The notes: generated from the letters alone by a model not told the origin. Shown: positions 10,235 through 20,177, counted from the stretch's first letter. The stretch is 64,000 bases of DNA from Deltaproteobacteria bacterium (GCA_040218735.1 JAVJQW010000042.1:279948-343947); one strand, 5' to 3'. Numbers and translations: made by a program.

Positions 10235-10696
10235 TCAGCCCGGCCACTGAAGGATCATCGCTTCGCGAAAGGGCGTCGCGCGCCACCGACCGCGTAGGCC
10301 CCTAAGGATCTCGAGCGCCTCGCGGAGCATCGTCGGCGTGACCCACGCCGAGAGCTCAGCGTCTTGCGCAGCCGCCCCCGCAGCGAGCCGCGCGAAGATC
10401 GTCTCCGCGTCGGCCGTCGTCTTCAGCGTGCCCTGAACCTGCGCCACGACGTTCTCGATCGTCGCCATCCCCTCGAAGACCGTCTCACGATCGTTGAGCA
10501 CGGCGAGCGGGGCGCCCGCGGCGAGGCGTCCGTAGAATCCGTCGCCGCGCCGCCCCGCCGACTCCACCGCGTAGTGCACGAAGTCGTGCAGGAGGAACGA
10601 GCGCGTCTCACACTCGACGCGCTCGTCGCGCGCTCCGGGTCCGACGACCCGCAGCGTGTGCGTCGCGTCGTCGATGCGCTGGAAGTGGAGCTCCAT
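10235..10696 (-). CDS. Hypothetical protein with HDxxH motif
   Basis: MELHFQR...LLHDFVHYAVES...GFYG; start overlaps the upstream stop. Confidence 0.65.
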   Translation of the reverse strand: MELHFQRIDDATHTLRVVGPGARDERVECETRSFLLHDFVHYAVESAGRRGDGFYGRLAAGAPLAVLNDRETVFEGMATIENVVAQVQGTLKTTADAETIFARLAAGAAAQDAELSAWVTPTMLREALEILRGLRGRWRATPFREAMILQWPG

Positions 10697-11781
10697 CAGG
10701 CCACCGGCTGCATCGTCGCCAAGTCGAGCAGCTCGTAGCGCGGGGCGCCGCCGTACCCCATGCCGCCGTCGACGAACACCATCGCGGCTTCGTCTTCGCC
10801 CACCGCTTCGACCGTTCCGAAGTCGTAGGTGCGTTGCGGGATGCGGAGCACGCGGAGGGGGCCGTCGATCGCTTCGCCGCCGACGCCCAGCAACGCGCGA
10901 CACTTTCGGTCGCGGATGTGTCCCACGATCTGGAGCACGCCGCGCGGGAGCTGCATCGGATCGAAGCGGCGGCGGTACGGACCCGAGAACCAGCGTGTGT
11001 CCCCGTGCGGCCACGCGGGGCGGTGGTAGAGGACGCCGCCCCCTTCGCCGTCCGTCGCGTTGCCGGGGTGGTGGAGGGCGTCGATCACGAGCGGGCCGTC
11101 CGTCCACGCGTCGACCGCGGCGTCGAGGCGTTCGTCGAGCCACTCTGCAATCGAGCTTGCATCGTCGCCCTCGACGTCGTCCCGCGTGACGCCCGCGTGC
11201 ACGATCAGCTTCGACCCGACCGCGCGCGCCATCCGCATTCGACGAGACCGGAGCAGGTGCGTTACGAGCTCGCGCTGCGCGACCGTGAACGCCGAGAAGT
11301 CCCGCGCCGCGACCTCCGAGCTCGGGAGCTCCGGATACGCCGCGAGGAACGCTGCCTCCGCTTCGGCGTCACCGCTGCCGTACACCCGCGCCGCGCGGTT
11401 CTGCGCGGTCGCGAACCGTGTGTCGTCGAACGCGGCGAGCTCTCCCACGCGGCCGAGGTCGTGGTTGCCGGCGATGATCGTTGCGCGCGACGGGTCGTGC
11501 GCCGCGAGCCACCCGAGGAGCAGCAGGCCATCGCGCGCTGCGTCGCGGGCGCGGTCGAGCCCGCCGTAGTCGAAGTGATCCCCCACCGAGGTCAGGTGCA
11601 CACCGTCCGCGAGGGTGCCGTCCGTGCCGATCAGCCCGTGTCGGTCGAGGATCTCGAAGAAGGTGCGGATCGGCGCCTGCGGGTCACCGATCACGACGTC
11701 ACGCCGCACCGTGTCACACCGCCCCGTGAACGGGCCGCCGGCCACGGCGCGTTCGAGCGCCGCGTGTACGCGCTCCGTCAT
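10696..11781 (-). CDS. Calcineurin-like metallophosphoesterase
   Basis: VIGDPQ, VGDHFDYG, AGNHD, VHAG, VGH, VDGG motifs. Confidence 0.85.
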   Translation of the reverse strand: MTERVHAALERAVAGGPFTGRCDTVRRDVVIGDPQAPIRTFFEILDRHGLIGTDGTLADGVHLTSVGDHFDYGGLDRARDAARDGLLLLGWLAAHDPSRATIIAGNHDLGRVGELAAFDDTRFATAQNRAARVYGSGDAEAEAAFLAAYPELPSSEVAARDFSAFTVAQRELVTHLLRSRRMRMARAVGSKLIVHAGVTRDDVEGDDASSIAEWLDERLDAAVDAWTDGPLVIDALHHPGNATDGEGGGVLYHRPAWPHGDTRWFSGPYRRRFDPMQLPRGVLQIVGHIRDRKCRALLGVGGEAIDGPLRVLRIPQRTYDFGTVEAVGEDEAAMVFVDGGMGYGGAPRYELLDLATMQPVA

Positions 11782-11827
11782 CCTTCGACACTACACCCCA
11801 ATCACAACTCGACGTATCCTCGCGCGA

Positions 11828-12547
11828 ATGCTCGACCCTCGCGACATGCTCAACACCGCCTACAAGTACTTCCGCGGCCACCCCGAGGAGGTCGCTCGGC
11901 TCGTGAAGAGTGGCTTCGGGCTCCGGTTCGGCGTCCCGCTCGCGGCGTTCCGCTGGATGATCGAGCAGGTGGTCAACGACATCGACGGCCTCGACCCGCA
12001 GATCGAAGCCGTGCCTCCGGGCATCAAGCTCGGCGCGACGCTCGAGCGCATGGAGACGCGCATTCGCGTTTCGATGATCCTCTACGTCACGCGCGTGCAG
12101 ATCTCCTCCGACCAAGCGCGCGTGCACCTGCGCTTCGAAGACGTCGCGCTCAAGGTGCTCAGTGAGAAGAAGACCCTCGTGTCGGCGCTGATCAACTCGG
12201 GCGCGCTCGACATCGGACAGATCGGCAACCTCGTCCGCGAGCTGCCGCAGCGCCCGCCGGTGATCGTCGAGGCGGGCAACGATCGCATCGTCATCGACCT
12301 GATGCAGTCGCCGCGGTTCTCGGACAACAACATCGTCCGCCACCTCGCCGGCCTGATGTCCTCGCTCATCACCGTGCACGGCGTACAGACCGAGACCGAG
12401 CACCTCGACGTCGTGTTCCGCGCGCTCCCGCGCGGCGGAGGTGCGGCGGTCGACGCGATCGAGAACCACTTCGTCGGGCCCGGCCTGCGTCGCGTCCGCT
12501 CGTTGCTCGGGCGCGATCAGCGGCAGCTCGCCGAATCGATCTTCTGA
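11828..12547 (+). CDS. Hypothetical protein coupled to the MglA-like GTPase
   Basis: Typical codon usage; TATCCT-N7-ATG; stop overlaps the next start. Confidence 0.7.
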   Translation: MLDPRDMLNTAYKYFRGHPEEVARLVKSGFGLRFGVPLAAFRWMIEQVVNDIDGLDPQIEAVPPGIKLGATLERMETRIRVSMILYVTRVQISSDQARVHLRFEDVALKVLSEKKTLVSALINSGALDIGQIGNLVRELPQRPPVIVEAGNDRIVIDLMQSPRFSDNNIVRHLAGLMSSLITVHGVQTETEHLDVVFRALPRGGGAAVDAIENHFVGPGLRRVRSLLGRDQRQLAESIF

Positions 12548-13098
12548 TGGCGTTCGTCGACCTGCAGAAGAACAAACTCGTCCTCAAGGTCGTGCTCGCC
12601 GGCCCGCCCGCCGTCGGGAAGACGGAGCGCCTCGAACAGATCGGCGCGGTGGGTGAGAACCATCGTTTCGGGTCGTCGCTCATGGGGCCGACGCAGATGG
12701 CGACGCTCCCGCTCACCGCGGAGCGCGACGGCCGGCCCGTGCAGATCGAAGTCTACGAGTGGCACGGCCCCGAGAAGGCGGACGTGCGCGCGAAGGGGCT
12801 TTTCGTCGGGCTCGACGGCATCGTGTACATCGCCGACGCGCGCGAGGATCGGTACGTCGACTCCGTGCGGCAGTTCGAGTTCCTCGTGAAGGAGGCCGGC
12901 AAGTCGAAGGTGCAGCGCCTCCCCGGCCTGCTCGTGCTCGGCATGAAGGACGAGGGCGTCCTGCGGTTGTCGTCGCTCGAGAAGAAGCTGATGGGCCCGA
13001 CCTGGAGTGACCGCGTCGAGACCGAGGTCGACGACGCCGAGCCGTTCATCGAGGCCTTGCGCGTGTTCGGCGAGGTGATGATGGCGCGGGCGCTCTGA
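12547..13098 (+). CDS. Divergent MglA-like small GTPase
   Basis: LKVVLAGPPAVGKT P-loop; GLDGIVYIADA resembles MglA GVDGVVFVADS. Confidence 0.75.
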   Translation: MAFVDLQKNKLVLKVVLAGPPAVGKTERLEQIGAVGENHRFGSSLMGPTQMATLPLTAERDGRPVQIEVYEWHGPEKADVRAKGLFVGLDGIVYIADAREDRYVDSVRQFEFLVKEAGKSKVQRLPGLLVLGMKDEGVLRLSSLEKKLMGPTWSDRVETEVDDAEPFIEALRVFGEVMMARAL

Positions 13099-13099
13099 G

Positions 13100-14206
13100 C
13101 TACGCAGGGGGGTTCGCTTCCAGAGCGGCCCGACGATCCTCGTTGTCGGCGACGCGATAGAACCTCTGGCTCGGCAGTGGCACCTTCATCCGCGCGATGG
13201 CGCGCGGGGCCTCGTCGCTGGCGGGGCCGTCGGCGTCGCGCACCACGAACACCGCGAGCGCACGCGCGTCGTCCGGGAGGTCCGACAGGTCGAACGTCGC
13301 CGTGCCCGACTCACAGCCCGCGGCCATCGCGAGGTACGCGCGCGGCTTCGGGAGATCTTGGGTCGCGAGGTAGTCGCCGACGCACTTGCCCTTGCCGTCG
13401 AGCGCCCGGATGACGACGCGACTCCCGGCGGGGGCGTCGATGTCCACGCGGCCTCGGTCGTTCTCGAACCACAACACACCCTTGTTCTCGTCGCCCGCGC
13501 AGATGTCGCGCCCGCCGATGTTGTCGTTGGACAGCGGCACCGAGAACCCGCCTTCGAACGAGTAGTCGTGGTTGCGCTGCGCCGTGCGCTTCATGAACAC
13601 GAGCGGCGCGGCGAACGTCGGCGTCTCGCGGTTCCGGAACGTGAGGCCGATGCCGTCCTTCTCGTACTTCACGCTCACGTCGCGTCCGAAGTAGGTCTTC
13701 AGGAGGTTCGGCATCGCCTTCTGCTCTTCGGAGGTCAGCGCGTCCCATGCGTCCGTCACCGCGCGCAGATGCACGAGGTCCGTCTCGCCGTCGCGGTTCT
13801 CGAGCGACGTCTCGGCGATGCGCTTCGCAAGCGCGCGCAGATCCGCGTCACCGTCGCTGCAGGGCCGGACGTCCTCCCAACGCACCGACGCGAAGTTCCA
13901 GTCCGACCAGATGCGGTCGAGATCGTCGAGCGGCGTCGTGAGGTCCGTGAAGAGCGGCGCCATGCGCAGCTCCCCCTTCGTGAGGTTCTCGCCGTTGCGA
14001 CACTTGATCCAATCCTTCAGCCACTGGCCCTCGTAGTGGTTGCTCGCGTTGTCCTTGTAGCCGTGTCCGCCGCGGTCCGGTCGGTTCATGTCCATCGCAT
14101 CGGTGCGCGCGACGAAGCGCGCCCAGTCTTGTCTGCAGATGTCCGTGTCCGCCGGCAGCGCCGCTTCCATCGTCTTGTGTGAAACTCGGTAGTTCGTGTA
14201 GTCCAT
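13100..14206 (-). CDS. Hypothetical protein (orphan)
   Basis: Strong RBS GGAGGGAG before ATG 14206; typical codon usage; no recognised domain. Confidence 0.7.
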   Translation of the reverse strand: MDYTNYRVSHKTMEAALPADTDICRQDWARFVARTDAMDMNRPDRGGHGYKDNASNHYEGQWLKDWIKCRNGENLTKGELRMAPLFTDLTTPLDDLDRIWSDWNFASVRWEDVRPCSDGDADLRALAKRIAETSLENRDGETDLVHLRAVTDAWDALTSEEQKAMPNLLKTYFGRDVSVKYEKDGIGLTFRNRETPTFAAPLVFMKRTAQRNHDYSFEGGFSVPLSNDNIGGRDICAGDENKGVLWFENDRGRVDIDAPAGSRVVIRALDGKGKCVGDYLATQDLPKPRAYLAMAAGCESGTATFDLSDLPDDARALAVFVVRDADGPASDEAPRAIARMKVPLPSQRFYRVADNEDRRAALEANPPA

Positions 14207-14255
14207 TTGGTTCTCCCTCCGTGTGTAGAGGTCTTCGTCAGGACCGCACAGGACG

Positions 14256-14981
14256 GTGCCCGGTCGCCCGGGGCATCGCGCCTTGATCACGATCAAGACG
14301 CTCGCTAAACGCGATGATGTGGGGATCGTCGAAGTGTTCGAAGCCGCCCGCCGCGGTCCGGAAGCCGCAGAGGCGACGCACGACGGGCGTTCGCTCACGA
14401 CGCGCGCGGATCAGCTGATCTACGTCGAGCTCGATCCACCGAGCGAGGTCTACCTGCTGACGCGCGGGTGGGTTCAGCTCTTCGTCGGCGACGGCAAACA
14501 GAGACAAACGTCCCTCTTCCTGCGCGCGCCGGCGTTGTTCGGGGACCGCGACGTCATTGCGGGGTGCGCCATCACGCACGAGTCGGCGCGGAGTGTGTCG
14601 TCCGCGAACCTGCTGTGTTTTTCGCGCGAGTCGCTCGAAGAGGCGTACGCCGCCGACCGGGACTTCGCGGACGCGCTCCACCGTGACCTCGTCGTTCGCT
14701 ACGCACGCTCGCTCACGTTCTCGAGCTTTCGTGCGATGAACCTCGAGAACCGTGTCTTGTGGATCCTCTGGGAGCTCGGATCCACGACGCTGCCGACCTA
14801 CGAGACACTCGCGCTGCTCACCGACGCATCACAGAAGTCCGTCGGCCGCGCGGTGAAGGCGCTGCAGGACGACGGGCGCCTCGAGCTCCGCGCGGAACGA
14901 CAGCTCGTCGTTTCGCAGCAGACCTGGGACGAGCTCGGCGCGCCCGAGTCACTCGGGCTCTTCCACAGCATCGGGCACTGA
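14256..14981 (+). CDS. Crp/Fnr-family regulator
   Basis: VYLLTRGWV..LFGD cNMP-binding fold plus HTH TYETLALLTDASQKSVGRAVKAL; start may be GTG 14319. Confidence 0.75.
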   Translation: MPGRPGHRALITIKTLAKRDDVGIVEVFEAARRGPEAAEATHDGRSLTTRADQLIYVELDPPSEVYLLTRGWVQLFVGDGKQRQTSLFLRAPALFGDRDVIAGCAITHESARSVSSANLLCFSRESLEEAYAADRDFADALHRDLVVRYARSLTFSSFRAMNLENRVLWILWELGSTTLPTYETLALLTDASQKSVGRAVKALQDDGRLELRAERQLVVSQQTWDELGAPESLGLFHSIGH

Positions 14982-15707
14982 GCACACGCGGATGAGCGGC
15001 GCGTCCGTCGGGCCGACGACGAGCGCCGCGACGCCTTCGCGGTCGACCACCGCCAAGCCGTGGTTCGAGAGCTCGACGAGCCCCGCCTTCTGCCACGCCT
15101 TGAGGAGTCGGTTCACGGTCTCGGGCCGAACGCCGACCGCCTGCGCGAGCTCGACCTGCCGGATCGGAATCGTGCGACCGTCGTGGTCGTCCTCGACGTC
15201 CTCGAAGACCTGCAGCAGACAGGTGAGGTAGCGTGCGCAGCTCTCGGCGGGTTTGAGCGACGGCTCGTAGCGCCAGGTCTCGATCGCGCCGAGGAACCGG
15301 TGGCTGAGCTCGAGGTAGAGGCGTCGCGTCAGCGCGAGGTAGCGCGAGATCAGCGCGACGAAGTTCTTCTTCGAGAGGCCGAGCGCGAGCACGCGTGTGA
15401 TGGCCACGCCCGTACCGGACCACGGCTTGCCCGCGATGACCTGCGCCTCGCCGAGGAACGACGGCGCCGCGAGGATCGCCGCGACCGGCCCCCGCGTCTC
15501 ACCGCTCCTCGGGTACTCGACCTGGATGGCGCCCGAGAGGATCACGAACACCTGCGTGGCGGTCTCACCGCTCGTGTAGAGCGTCTCGCCTCGCTCCACG
15601 TGGATCTCGGCGGCGGTCTCGACGATGTGTTTCAGCGCGTCGTCGTCGAGGTCGCAGAAGATCGGGTGACGACCGAGGGCCGTCGCGAGCGCGTCGATCC
15701 GTGACAC
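14949..15707 (-). CDS. Crp/Fnr-family regulator
   Basis: HPIFCDL, VFVILSGAI, FLGE, RQVELAQAVGVRPETVNRLL. Confidence 0.88.
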   Translation of the reverse strand: MSRIDALATALGRHPIFCDLDDDALKHIVETAAEIHVERGETLYTSGETATQVFVILSGAIQVEYPRSGETRGPVAAILAAPSFLGEAQVIAGKPWSGTGVAITRVLALGLSKKNFVALISRYLALTRRLYLELSHRFLGAIETWRYEPSLKPAESCARYLTCLLQVFEDVEDDHDGRTIPIRQVELAQAVGVRPETVNRLLKAWQKAGLVELSNHGLAVVDREGVAALVVGPTDAPLIRVCSVPDAVEEPE

Positions 15708-15708
15708 C

Positions 15709-17691
15709 TCAGCGCGCCTTCGGCGTGAAGCTGTCGAGGTCGCGGCGGAGCGCTACGGGGTCGTCGCCGTCGCGCGCGTCGAGGGGGCGCGGCGCGAGGA
15801 GCCCGGTCGTCTCGGCGGCGCGGATCAGCTTGGCGTCGAGCTCGGGATCGAAGGGCACGATTCCGGGTCGGTCGAGGTCCATGCACTGCAACGTGCAGGC
15901 GGTGATGCCGATGCTCGTGACCTGGAATCGGTCCGCCCACATGTCGTCGGTGAGGTTCGGCGGTTGGCCCTCCGTGAGGAGGTGGATCCGCGTGTCGCCG
16001 ATCGTCAGCGCTAGGTCCGGCGTCGGCTCGCGGCGCTCGCGGGTGCGCGTGACCTCTTGGTGGGTAGCCGCCTTGCGGAGCGCCGCAGTGTCGACGCCCT
16101 TGCCGCCCGACGTCAGCGGGATCACGACGAGCTCCTCGGCGTAGTCGTGGGCGGTCTTCACGTCGAAACCGACGCCGGGCGTCGCGACGAACAGCACACC
16201 CTTGTCTTCCCGTCGGTCGGGGGCGTCGTCGGCGTGGCGCGTCGAGAACCCGAGCGACTCCGCGCGAGCGAGCACCTCCGGGTCGACGTCGATGATCGTG
16301 ATCTTCGAGCGGTCCATCCCGAATGCGTCGAGCGCATCGACCACCGCCTGTCCGAGCAGACCGGCGCCCTTCACGAACACCGGTACGTCGCCGATGCGCT
16401 CGCCCAGCTTCTCGCGCGCCTCGCGCGCGCCGATCAGCGCGTACTGCTCGCCGAGGAAGGTCGCCTCCAGCGCCTTGATGCGGCTGCCCGCGAAGTCCAC
16501 GCCCCACACGTGGTCCTTCACCGCGCCGAGCGCATCGACGTCGTCGCGGTTGTGCACGATCGCGCGCACCGCGCCGTTCGTGACGGCGTCGGGGAGCTCC
16601 TCGCCGAGTGACTTCAGCCAGGCGCCGCCCTTGTCGAGCACCATCGTGTCGCCGCCCCACGTCGACCAGCCGCTGAGGATCGCGTGGTCGAGGAAGCCGC
16701 CGACCGTGTAGTTTCGGTGGCGTCGTGGGTCGGCGTAGAGCTTCTCTTCGTCCGTGTGGGCGCTGAACGAAGCGTCGAGCCCTTCGAGGGCCAGGACACT
16801 CTTGGCTTCGGCGCAGCCCGTGCGGTTCGAAAGCCAGGTCACGACTTGGTCCGCCCCGAACGCACGCAGGCCGGGGAGGAGCGAGGTCATCGCCCACGTG
16901 GGGTGGCCGTTGTAGAGCAGCTTGGTCTTGGAGAGCACGTCGCCGTCGGCAGGGATCGCGAAGTGGTCGTCGAGGATCGTCATCGCCTCCGACCAGTAGT
17001 CGCCGAACAGCCCGAGCGACTGCATCGTGTCGAGCGTCGCGCGCCCGACGTCGGTGCTTCGCTTCGGGTGTTCGTGGAGGAGGCCCAGCATTAGTCGCCC
17101 CGTCTTCTGTCGGCTCGCGCTCCCGACGCGCTTGGCCCACCCGCGGAGCGCGGTGCGTTCGTGGTCGTCGAACTCCGCGTCGAGGACACGCACGAGGTCG
17201 TCCTTCAGACCGACGAGCTGCTGTAGTCGAATGCACGAGTGCATCGGCGGCGCCGCGGCGTCGACGACCTGGTCCATGCGGACGACGACGTTCGGGAAGA
17301 GCACGTCGCTCGGCCACTTGTCGGCGAGGAGGTCGCGGAGCTCGACGTCCGACTTGGGGGACGACGACTTCGCGACGACGTCGATGAACGTGTTGTCTCG
17401 GTAGCCGAGCCGCGGCGTCTCCAGCTTCGCGGAGGTGATGTGCTCGGCGACCTCGGGGTCCGCGAGGAGCGCCGCCGTGTGTCGCTCGAGCGTTCCGGGT
17501 GCGACGCCGGCCCAGGGGTCGAGCGTCGTGAACGGCATGTCGAAGCGCACCGCGTTGTAGCCGGCGCGCCCTTCGAGGAAGTCGACGTAGCGGTGGCCGC
17601 GCGGCGCGATCTCGACGTCCCGGGACGGCGTCGCGTCCGGGGCGATCGGTCCGGCCGGCGTGTTCGCCAGGTTGTAGAGGGTCGGCTTCAC
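15709..17691 (-). CDS. Divergent S-adenosylhomocysteine-hydrolase-fold NAD-binding protein with N-terminal extension
   Basis: GHPT, MVLDKGG, SRIKALE, GAGLLG, IIDVDP, FVATPG, LLTEGQPPNL occur in AdoHcyase motif order; TATAAT just upstream of GTG 17691. Confidence 0.6.
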   Translation of the reverse strand: MKPTLYNLANTPAGPIAPDATPSRDVEIAPRGHRYVDFLEGRAGYNAVRFDMPFTTLDPWAGVAPGTLERHTAALLADPEVAEHITSAKLETPRLGYRDNTFIDVVAKSSSPKSDVELRDLLADKWPSDVLFPNVVVRMDQVVDAAAPPMHSCIRLQQLVGLKDDLVRVLDAEFDDHERTALRGWAKRVGSASRQKTGRLMLGLLHEHPKRSTDVGRATLDTMQSLGLFGDYWSEAMTILDDHFAIPADGDVLSKTKLLYNGHPTWAMTSLLPGLRAFGADQVVTWLSNRTGCAEAKSVLALEGLDASFSAHTDEEKLYADPRRHRNYTVGGFLDHAILSGWSTWGGDTMVLDKGGAWLKSLGEELPDAVTNGAVRAIVHNRDDVDALGAVKDHVWGVDFAGSRIKALEATFLGEQYALIGAREAREKLGERIGDVPVFVKGAGLLGQAVVDALDAFGMDRSKITIIDVDPEVLARAESLGFSTRHADDAPDRREDKGVLFVATPGVGFDVKTAHDYAEELVVIPLTSGGKGVDTAALRKAATHQEVTRTRERREPTPDLALTIGDTRIHLLTEGQPPNLTDDMWADRFQVTSIGITACTLQCMDLDRPGIVPFDPELDAKLIRAAETTGLLAPRPLDARDGDDPVALRRDLDSFTPKAR

Positions 17692-17843
17692 CGCAGCCCG
17701 CCGATTATAGGGAGCGCGTGGTGGTGTGAGCAGGGGGGCTGTCGCCCCCAACCTCTCGCATTCGAGGCACGCGACCCACCCCGCGGGTGCGGCGCTCGCG
17801 GGGCTTTGTGGTCCCTCGCCCCGGCCCGGTAGAGTTCGAGACG

Positions 17844-20177
17844 ATGCGCCGCTCGCTCCTCCTCGCCCCCGCGCTCCTGTTCGCCGCGTGCACCGGTGAC
17901 ACCACGATCGACGAGACGACCACCATCGCCGGCGTCGTGATCGACGCCGACACGATGACCCCCCTCGCCGACGCGCGGATCACCGCGACGCCTCGGTTGG
18001 GCACCGTCATCACCGACGCCACGGGGAGCTTCGAGTTCGAAGGCGCGCGCTACGGCACGCTCTACCAGCTCCGCATCGAGAGCCAGGGCTACCAGGACGC
18101 GACCGTCAACGTGACGCCGAGCGTGAGCGACGACGAGCCGATCGAAGTGCGCATGTCGGTCGTCGTCGCGTGCAGCCCCGGCGCGCGCTCGTGTCTGGTT
18201 GGCGCCCAGATCGAGGGCATTCAGACCTGTAACGCGCGCGGCAACGAGTTCACCGTCAACGAGTGCCCGACGGCGCAGGTCTGCGACCCCGCGACGATCG
18301 CGTGCAGCGTCGCGCACACCCTCACGATCGAAGCGCCCACCGGCGGTGTGATCACCTCCCAGCCCGCCGGGCTCAACTGCGGTGTCAGCTGCGAGAAGGC
18401 GTTCGTCGCCGGCACGATGGTCACGCTCCGCGCCAACCCCCTCGGCGCGGCGACCTTCACGGGGTGGACCGGCGACTGCGCGGCGCAGGGCTCGATGCCG
18501 ACGTGCACACTCACGATGGACGCCGCCCACACCGCGGGCGCCGCGTTCGACGACTTCTCGCTGACCGTCGAGCGGCGCGGTGACGGTGAGGGGGCCGTGA
18601 CCTCGATGCCCGCCGGGATCGACTGCGGCACGACCTGCACCTCCAACTTCGACGAGAACACCACGGTGACGCTCACCGCAGCGCCGACCGCGCCGTCGAT
18701 CTTCGAGAGCTGGGGCGGCGACTGCAGCGGCGCGTCCCCGACGTGCACCGTGACGATCGACGGTAGCAAACGCGCCGTCGCTCGGTTCCAGATACCGCGC
18801 TTCCCGCTCGACGTCTCTCTCGCGGGGACCGGCGCCGGCGTCGTCACTTCGATGCCCGCCGGGATCGACTGCGGGTCGGAGTGCAGCTTCGACTTCGTGA
18901 TCGACACGATGGTCACGCTCACCGCCGAGCCGGCGAACGGCTCGACGTTCGAAGGCTTCGCCGGCGCGTGCACCGGAATGACTTGCACCGTCACGATGGA
19001 CCAGGCGCGGAGCGTGACCGCGAGCTTCGACGGCATCGCCTACCCGCTCACCGTCACGAACGGCGGGACGGGCGGCGGCGTCGTGACGTCGATGCCGGGG
19101 GGCATCGACTGCGGCGCGACGTGCTCCGCGTCGTACGGCCCGGGGACGGTCGTCACGCTCACGGCGGCGCCCGCTGCGAACAGCCTGTTCGGCGGGTGGT
19201 CGGACGCGTGCGCGGCGCAAGGGACGATGCCGACCTGCGACGTCACGATGGACATGGCGCAGTCGGTCGGCGCGCAGTTCGACATCAACGCGGTCGCGCT
19301 CACCGTCAACGTGAGCGGCGGCGGGCGGATCGTGTCGACGCCCGTCGGGATCGACTGCCCGGGTGACTGCGACGAAGCGTTCACGCCGGGCACGATGGTG
19401 ACGCTGGACGCGACCGCCAACCCGGGGAGCGGCTTCGCGGCCTGGCAGGGCGACTGCGCGGGGAGCGGCGCGAGCTGCATGATCACCGCGATGGCCGGGA
19501 GCGCCGCGACGGCGGAGTTCCTCCCGTCGACCGAGCTGCCGCTCGTCGCCGACGGGTCGTGCACGACGCTCTACCACTTCGACGGCGCGCAGCCTTACAG
19601 CTCCGCGTGTGGCGCGGGGGGCCCGGCTTCGATCGTCGGGACGTATGCGGTGGCGGCGTCGCGGAACACGTATCTTCAGGACGCGCTCGACGCGGGCGGC
19701 GCGACCGAGGAGGCCTGGATCGACACCGTGGCGACGGGGCCCGCTCCGCCGAACGCGACGGTGGAGATGACGGTGCGCAAGGACGGTCCGGCCTTCGACG
19801 GGCGGACCCGGGGCACGCTCTACGCCGACTACGACACCACCGACCCGAACCGCGTCGGCTTCTCGCTCGTGGTGGTCGACGACGGGACGCTCGTCGCCCA
19901 GACCCGCAACGCTGCGCAACAGACCACGACCGCGAGCACCGCGGTGGGTCAACTCACCGATGGGGTGTGGTATCACGTCAGCGCGACCATCAGTGATACG
20001 GGAGGGCTCGCGTTGTTCGTCGACGGAGTGGAGGTTGCGCGCACGGCCGGAGCGCCGAACTGGACGGCGTCGTCGTCCACGGCGTGGGTAGGCGCCGCCC
20101 GAGAGGGCGCCGGCGCGATCGACCGCTTCGACGGCGCGGTCGACGAGCTACGGGTAAGCAACGTTGTCCGCTACTAG
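17844..20177 (+). CDS. Lipoprotein: carboxypeptidase-regulatory-like domain, about five divergent InlB-B-type repeats, C-terminal LamG domain
   Basis: LFAAC lipobox; repeated G.VTS.PAGIDCG..C...F..GT.VTLTA.P...S.F.GW.G.C; WYHVS...LFVDG...FDGAVDELRVS. Confidence 0.85.
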   Translation: MRRSLLLAPALLFAACTGDTTIDETTTIAGVVIDADTMTPLADARITATPRLGTVITDATGSFEFEGARYGTLYQLRIESQGYQDATVNVTPSVSDDEPIEVRMSVVVACSPGARSCLVGAQIEGIQTCNARGNEFTVNECPTAQVCDPATIACSVAHTLTIEAPTGGVITSQPAGLNCGVSCEKAFVAGTMVTLRANPLGAATFTGWTGDCAAQGSMPTCTLTMDAAHTAGAAFDDFSLTVERRGDGEGAVTSMPAGIDCGTTCTSNFDENTTVTLTAAPTAPSIFESWGGDCSGASPTCTVTIDGSKRAVARFQIPRFPLDVSLAGTGAGVVTSMPAGIDCGSECSFDFVIDTMVTLTAEPANGSTFEGFAGACTGMTCTVTMDQARSVTASFDGIAYPLTVTNGGTGGGVVTSMPGGIDCGATCSASYGPGTVVTLTAAPAANSLFGGWSDACAAQGTMPTCDVTMDMAQSVGAQFDINAVALTVNVSGGGRIVSTPVGIDCPGDCDEAFTPGTMVTLDATANPGSGFAAWQGDCAGSGASCMITAMAGSAATAEFLPSTELPLVADGSCTTLYHFDGAQPYSSACGAGGPASIVGTYAVAASRNTYLQDALDAGGATEEAWIDTVATGPAPPNATVEMTVRKDGPAFDGRTRGTLYADYDTTDPNRVGFSLVVVDDGTLVAQTRNAAQQTTTASTAVGQLTDGVWYHVSATISDTGGLALFVDGVEVARTAGAPNWTASSSTAWVGAAREGAGAIDRFDGAVDELRVSNVVRY

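Noticed and set aside
17700-17707. GCCGATTA on the + strand as another sigma-28 site
   Set aside because: No matching -35 element; better explained as overlap with the minus-strand TATAAT promoter.
18340-19520. Regularly spaced DNA repeats resembling a CRISPR array
   Set aside because: They are degenerate in-frame protein domain repeats with ~230-bp period; no cas genes are present.
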